Origin: Alphaproteobacteria bacterium
Lineage (GTDB): Bacteria; Pseudomonadota; Alphaproteobacteria; SPJN01
Direction: 5' to 3'
NCBI GenBank assembly: GCA_965229935.1
Contig: CBDDKB010000002.1
Span: 637,213-701,212, forward strand
Length of the DNA: 64,000 nucleotides
Shown: positions 60,263-64,000 of the stretch, one piece after another
Numbering within the stretch: position 1 is the stretch's first letter
How the letters are laid out: each line of letters starts with the position of its first letter
Translations under genes and position numbers: made by a program
Notes under the pieces: generated by a model
Told to the model about the DNA's origin: nothing
Database searches by the model: none
Seen by the model: the letters and a program-made list of their open reading frames with translations, nothing else

Positions 60263-60727
60263 ATGAAATTGAGCACAAAGGGACAATATGCGGTTTTGGC
60301 GCTGGTTGACCTTGCCAAGCATGGCAATCATGGTCCTGTGTCTTTGTCAGATATCGCAATCCGTCAGGATATTTCCCAAACCTATTTAGAGCAGTTATTC
60401 GGAAAATTGCGCCGCAATGGCGTTGTCAGTTCTGTTCGTGGTCCCGGTGGCGGCTACTTGCTGGCACGCCCGGCGGATGAAGTATGCGTCGCTGATGTGA
60501 TCCGCGCGGTGGATGAGCCTATCCAGACCACACGATGCGCCAGCGATTCAGCAATTGGCTGCACAGGTAGCTCAACCCGTTGTTTGACCCATGATCTGTG
60601 GGATGAGTTGGCCCGTCAAATCAATGTGTTCCTTGCGTCCATCACTTTGGCTGATGTGGTTGACCGGAATGTCATAGGCAAGGCCGGGCTGATGGGCGAT
60701 GCGCCATTGCAGGAGCGTGCGCTGTGA
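60263..60727 (+). CDS. iscR: Rrf2-family transcriptional regulator (IscR-like).
   Basis: MKLSTKGQYAVLALVDLA...ISQTYLEQLFGKLRRNGVVSSVRGPGGGY. Cys ligands lie in the CASDSAIGCTGSSTRC region. Confidence 0.8.
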   Translation: MKLSTKGQYAVLALVDLAKHGNHGPVSLSDIAIRQDISQTYLEQLFGKLRRNGVVSSVRGPGGGYLLARPADEVCVADVIRAVDEPIQTTRCASDSAIGCTGSSTRCLTHDLWDELARQINVFLASITLADVVDRNVIGKAGLMGDAPLQERAL

Positions 60728-61863
60728 CCAACGCAAAGATGATCTATCTTGATTATCATGCAACGGCACCTTTGCTGGATGAGGCAAAGTTGGCGACGAT
60801 CGCTGCGCTTGACCATGTGGGTAACCCATCCTCAATCCACGGAGCGGGGCGATCAGCGAAAGCTTTGGCAGATCAGGCGCGCGAGCAGGTTTTGGATTTG
60901 GTTGCTGGTTGTGCGGGGCGGCTTGTCTTTACCTCCGGCGGGACAGAGGCGAACAATCTAGCCCTACGTGGTGGGGCTGCTGCGAATGGTGTTGAGCGTT
61001 TGATCATTGGCGGCACCGAACATGATGCGGTCACCGCGGTTGCGCAATCAATGGAGCTGCCGCTGACCATATTGCCTTGTGACAAAAATGGTGTTGTTGC
61101 GTTGGCTACGCTCGAACAAGCATTGCAACAGGATGGTAATGCGCTGGTCAGCATCATGGCTGTTAATAATGAGGTTGGCACCATTCAGCCGATAGAACAG
61201 GTTGCCGCGCTTTGTCAGCAATATAGCGCCTTGCTTCATGTTGATGCTGTACAGGCGCTTGGCAAGGTTGAGCTAACGCCGCTTGCGTTCGCTGCGGACT
61301 TCCTGTCGCTTGGCGCGCATAAAATTGGCGGGCCTATGGGCGTTGGCGCGCTGCATATTCGCAATGGTATTGACCTTGCCCCTATACAGTTTGGTGGTGG
61401 GCAGGAACAAGGCGCAAGAGGCGGCAGTGAAAATCTGCTTGGCATTATTGGTTTTGGTGCAGCGGCTACGCAGGTAGAGCGCATGCTAGATGATCAGCCG
61501 CGTTTGCGCACCTTGCAGCAGCGCCTTGAAAAAGAGCTTGTGGCATCTGGCGCACAGATTATTGGTGCGGGCGCTGATCGCGTCGCAACTTGCAGCGCGG
61601 TTGAAATGCCGGGGGTGGAGGCTGCGACCCAATTAATGAATTTTGATCTGGCGGGCATATGTGTCTCGTCAGGTGCGGCCTGTTCATCGGGTAAGGTAGG
61701 CACCTCAACCGTATTACAGGCGATGGGCGTGGATGAGGCCCGGGCAAAATGTGTAATCCGCGTCAGCACCGGATTACGTACAACAGAAGATGAGATTGAC
61801 CGCTTTATAGCTGAATGGCAGGCCATATACGGACGGCTTGGCCAGCCTTCATCAGCGGCGTAA
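60724..61863 (+). CDS. Cysteine desulfurase (class V aminotransferase, NifS/IscS-like).
   Basis: IYLDYHATAPL, SLGAHKIGGP (PLP Lys) and SSGAACSSG (catalytic Cys). The start is GTG at 60724 or ATG at 60739. Confidence 0.85.
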   Translation: MTNAKMIYLDYHATAPLLDEAKLATIAALDHVGNPSSIHGAGRSAKALADQAREQVLDLVAGCAGRLVFTSGGTEANNLALRGGAAANGVERLIIGGTEHDAVTAVAQSMELPLTILPCDKNGVVALATLEQALQQDGNALVSIMAVNNEVGTIQPIEQVAALCQQYSALLHVDAVQALGKVELTPLAFAADFLSLGAHKIGGPMGVGALHIRNGIDLAPIQFGGGQEQGARGGSENLLGIIGFGAAATQVERMLDDQPRLRTLQQRLEKELVASGAQIIGAGADRVATCSAVEMPGVEAATQLMNFDLAGICVSSGAACSSGKVGTSTVLQAMGVDEARAKCVIRVSTGLRTTEDEIDRFIAEWQAIYGRLGQPSSAA

Positions 61864-61885
61864 CGGCGGACGATAGGGACGGAAC

Positions 61886-63361
61886 ATGGTAGCAGTAGAC
61901 AAAACGAAAGAGCAGGTCGCAGCTCTTGCTGAAAAGTATGAGCATGGCTGGGCCACCGACATTGAATCTGATTACGCGCCCAAGGGCCTGAATGAAGATA
62001 TTGTCCGCTTTATCTCAGCAAAGAAGAACGAACCTGACTGGATGCTGGATTGGCGGCTTGATGCCTATCGCCGTTGGTTGAGCATGGACGAGCCGAATTG
62101 GGCCCGTGTGGAACATCCCAAGATCGATTATCAGGACGCCTATTATTACGCCCAACCAAAAAGCATGGCAGAAAAACCCAAAAGCCTTGATGAGGTTGAT
62201 CCAGAATTGCTGCGCACCTATGAAAAGCTTGGCATCCCGCTAGAGGAACAGAAAATCCTAGCGGGTGTTGAGGGGTATGAGCGTAAGGTCGCCGTTGATG
62301 CGGTGTTTGATTCTGTGTCTGTCGGCACAACCTTTAAAAAAGAGCTGGCCGATGCTGGCGTGATCTTCTGTTCTATATCTGAAGCTATTCAGGACTATCC
62401 TGATTTGGTGAAGAAATATCTCGGCTCCGTCGTGCCGGTGACCGATAACTTCCATGCAACACTGAATTCGGCAGTCTTCTCTGATGGCTCATTCGTTTAT
62501 GTACCTGAAGGGGTGCGTTGCCCTATGGAGTTGTCCACCTATTTCCGGATCAATGCGGAAAATACAGGCCAGTTTGAACGGACGCTGATCATCGCGGATA
62601 AAGGCTCATACGTGTCGTATTTGGAAGGCTGCACAGCCCCGATGCGGGACGAGAACCAGCTTCACGCAGCCGTGGTTGAGCTGATCGCGCTTGATGATGC
62701 AGAGATTAAATATTCCACCGTTCAAAATTGGTATCCCGGTGACGAAGACGGCAAGGGCGGCATTTATAATTTCGTGACGAAACGTGGCCTGTGCGCCGGG
62801 CGCAACTCCAAAATTTCGTGGACCCAGGTTGAAACTGGTTCTGCCATTACATGGAAATATCCGTCTTGTGTGTTGCGTGGTGATAATTCAGTGGGGGAGT
62901 TTTACTCCATCGCCATTACCAATAATCGCCAGCAGGCAGATACCGGGACCAAGATGATCCATCTTGGCAATAATACGCGGTCGCGCATCATCTCAAAGGG
63001 GATTTCAGCGGGCCGTTCTGACCAGACCTATCGTGGGCTTGTCTCCATGCACCCGAATGCATCAGGCGCGCGGAACTATACCCAGTGTGACAGTCTGCTG
63101 ATCGGCAAGACCTGCGGCGCCCATACGGTGCCTTACATCGAATCGCGCAATCCCGATGCGCAGATAGAACATGAGGCTACGACCTCTACCATTTCAGAAG
63201 ATCAATTATTTTACTGCCGTCAGCGCGGCATCCCCGAGGAAGAGGCCGTGACACTGATCGTCAATGGCTTTTGTCGGGAGGTGTTGCAGCAATTGCCGAT
63301 GGAATTTGCGGTCGAAGCGCAAAAACTTGTCGGTATTTCCCTTGAAGGCAGCGTCGGTTAG
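61886..63361 (+). CDS. sufB: Fe-S cluster assembly scaffold protein SufB.
   Basis: 491 aa. [23 protein letters not shown] and C-terminal [18 protein letters not shown]. Confidence 0.95.
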   Translation: MVAVDKTKEQVAALAEKYEHGWATDIESDYAPKGLNEDIVRFISAKKNEPDWMLDWRLDAYRRWLSMDEPNWARVEHPKIDYQDAYYYAQPKSMAEKPKSLDEVDPELLRTYEKLGIPLEEQKILAGVEGYERKVAVDAVFDSVSVGTTFKKELADAGVIFCSISEAIQDYPDLVKKYLGSVVPVTDNFHATLNSAVFSDGSFVYVPEGVRCPMELSTYFRINAENTGQFERTLIIADKGSYVSYLEGCTAPMRDENQLHAAVVELIALDDAEIKYSTVQNWYPGDEDGKGGIYNFVTKRGLCAGRNSKISWTQVETGSAITWKYPSCVLRGDNSVGEFYSIAITNNRQQADTGTKMIHLGNNTRSRIISKGISAGRSDQTYRGLVSMHPNASGARNYTQCDSLLIGKTCGAHTVPYIESRNPDAQIEHEATTSTISEDQLFYCRQRGIPEEEAVTLIVNGFCREVLQQLPMEFAVEAQKLVGISLEGSVG

Positions 63362-63367
63362 GAGCCT

Positions 63368-64000
63368 ATGTCAGTGAGTACCCCTCTTTTAGAAATCAAT
63401 GATCTTCATGCCCGTGTTGAAGACAAGCCCATTTTGAAGGGCCTGTCCCTGACCATTAATGATGGTGAGGTTCACGCCATTATGGGCCCCAATGGCGCGG
63501 GCAAGTCCACGCTGTCCTATGTGATTGCAGGACGTGACGGGTATGAGATTACCGGCGGGTCGATCAAATTCCGTGGTCAGGACATTACTGAGATGGAGCC
63601 TGAGGAGCGTGCCGCGCTGGGCCTGTTTCTTGCCTTTCAATATCCGATTGCAATCCCGGGTGTCGGCACAGCGACGTTCCTGCGCACAGCGGTGAATGAA
63701 CAGCGTAAGGCGCGCGGTGAGGATGAGCTTGATGCCATCGGCTTTTTGAAGGCTATGCGTGCGGCTGCCAAGCCCCTGAATATCACGGATGACATGTTGA
63801 AGCGCGCAGTTAATGTCGGCTTTTCAGGTGGTGAGAAAAAGCGGAATGAAGTGCTGCAAATGACCATGCTGGAACCCAGCATGTGTGTGCTTGATGAAAC
63901 AGATTCAGGGCTCGACATCGATGCCCTGCGTGTTGTGGCCGATGGCGTGAATGCCCTGCGCGGGCCCGACAAAAGCTTTTTGGTGATTACCCATTACCAG
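63368..64000 (+). CDS. sufC: Fe-S cluster assembly ATPase SufC (3' end lies outside the window).
   Basis: My own translation reads MSVSTPLLEINDLHARVEDKPILKGLSLTINDGEVHAIMGPNGAGKSTL...FSGGEKKRNE. The frame stays open to base 64000 and is absent from the ORF track because it has no stop. Confidence 0.9.
   Translation, partial: MSVSTPLLEINDLHARVEDKPILKGLSLTINDGEVHAIMGPNGAGKSTLSYVIAGRDGYEITGGSIKFRGQDITEMEPEERAALGLFLAFQYPIAIPGVGTATFLRTAVNEQRKARGEDELDAIGFLKAMRAAAKPLNITDDMLKRAVNVGFSGGEKKRNEVLQMTMLEPSMCVLDETDSGLDIDALRVVADGVNALRGPDKSFLVITHYQ

Overview
This window looks like an alphaproteobacterial chromosome segment. Gene order supports that: ppx-rlmE-guaB-rsmB-guaA, yfgM-like-bamB-der, glnE/asmA-like/tyrS/anmK, and iscR-nifS-like-sufBC. 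It has three parts. (1) 1-12.05 kb is a surface-glycan locus. It carries a legionaminic-acid-type nonulosonic acid pathway (NeuC/NeuB/NeuD-like, PtmE/PtmF/PtmA-like, CMP-sugar synthetase) and an acetamidino-forming module (WbpG/PseA-like PP-loop amidotransferase with HisF/HisH paralogs). It also holds an opposite-strand KpsS-like putative transferase and two extra tailoring genes translationally linked to the operon: a PhyH-like Fe/2OG dioxygenase and a sulfotransferase-like protein. (2) 12.05-22.4 kb is a decayed accessory segment facing the 3' end of tRNA-Arg(CCG). It contains an N-terminally truncated AraC gene, an IS3-family element with no target-site duplication and a frameshifted transposase, and a tyrosine integrase remnant with an in-frame TAG that is cut off by the IS. 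An XRE regulator and a ~680 bp non-coding stretch follow. Then comes a compact zinc-starvation module (zur, ZrgABCD-like His-rich binding protein/ABC ATPase/FtsX permease/DUF3299, DUF1826, MerC-like membrane protein, His-rich COG0523 GTPase) with a near-perfect Zur box. This module is bracketed by a ~92 bp imperfect direct repeat whose 32 bp core is almost identical in both copies. (3) 22.6-64 kb is mostly housekeeping. It starts with a TonB-dependent receptor carrying an unusual ~150 aa acidic, Met/Ala-rich N-terminal extension. The rest comprises folD, a photolyase, Ppx/GppA with poly-Arg tails, rlmE, guaB, guaA, panB, bamB, der, a divergent pair of ferritin-like diiron proteins, bcp, glnE, a large AsmA-like protein, tyrS, anmK and the iscR-suf operon. 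I found no CRISPR array, rRNA gene or recognisable defence system. All functional calls come from reading motifs in the supplied translations and none was checked against a database.
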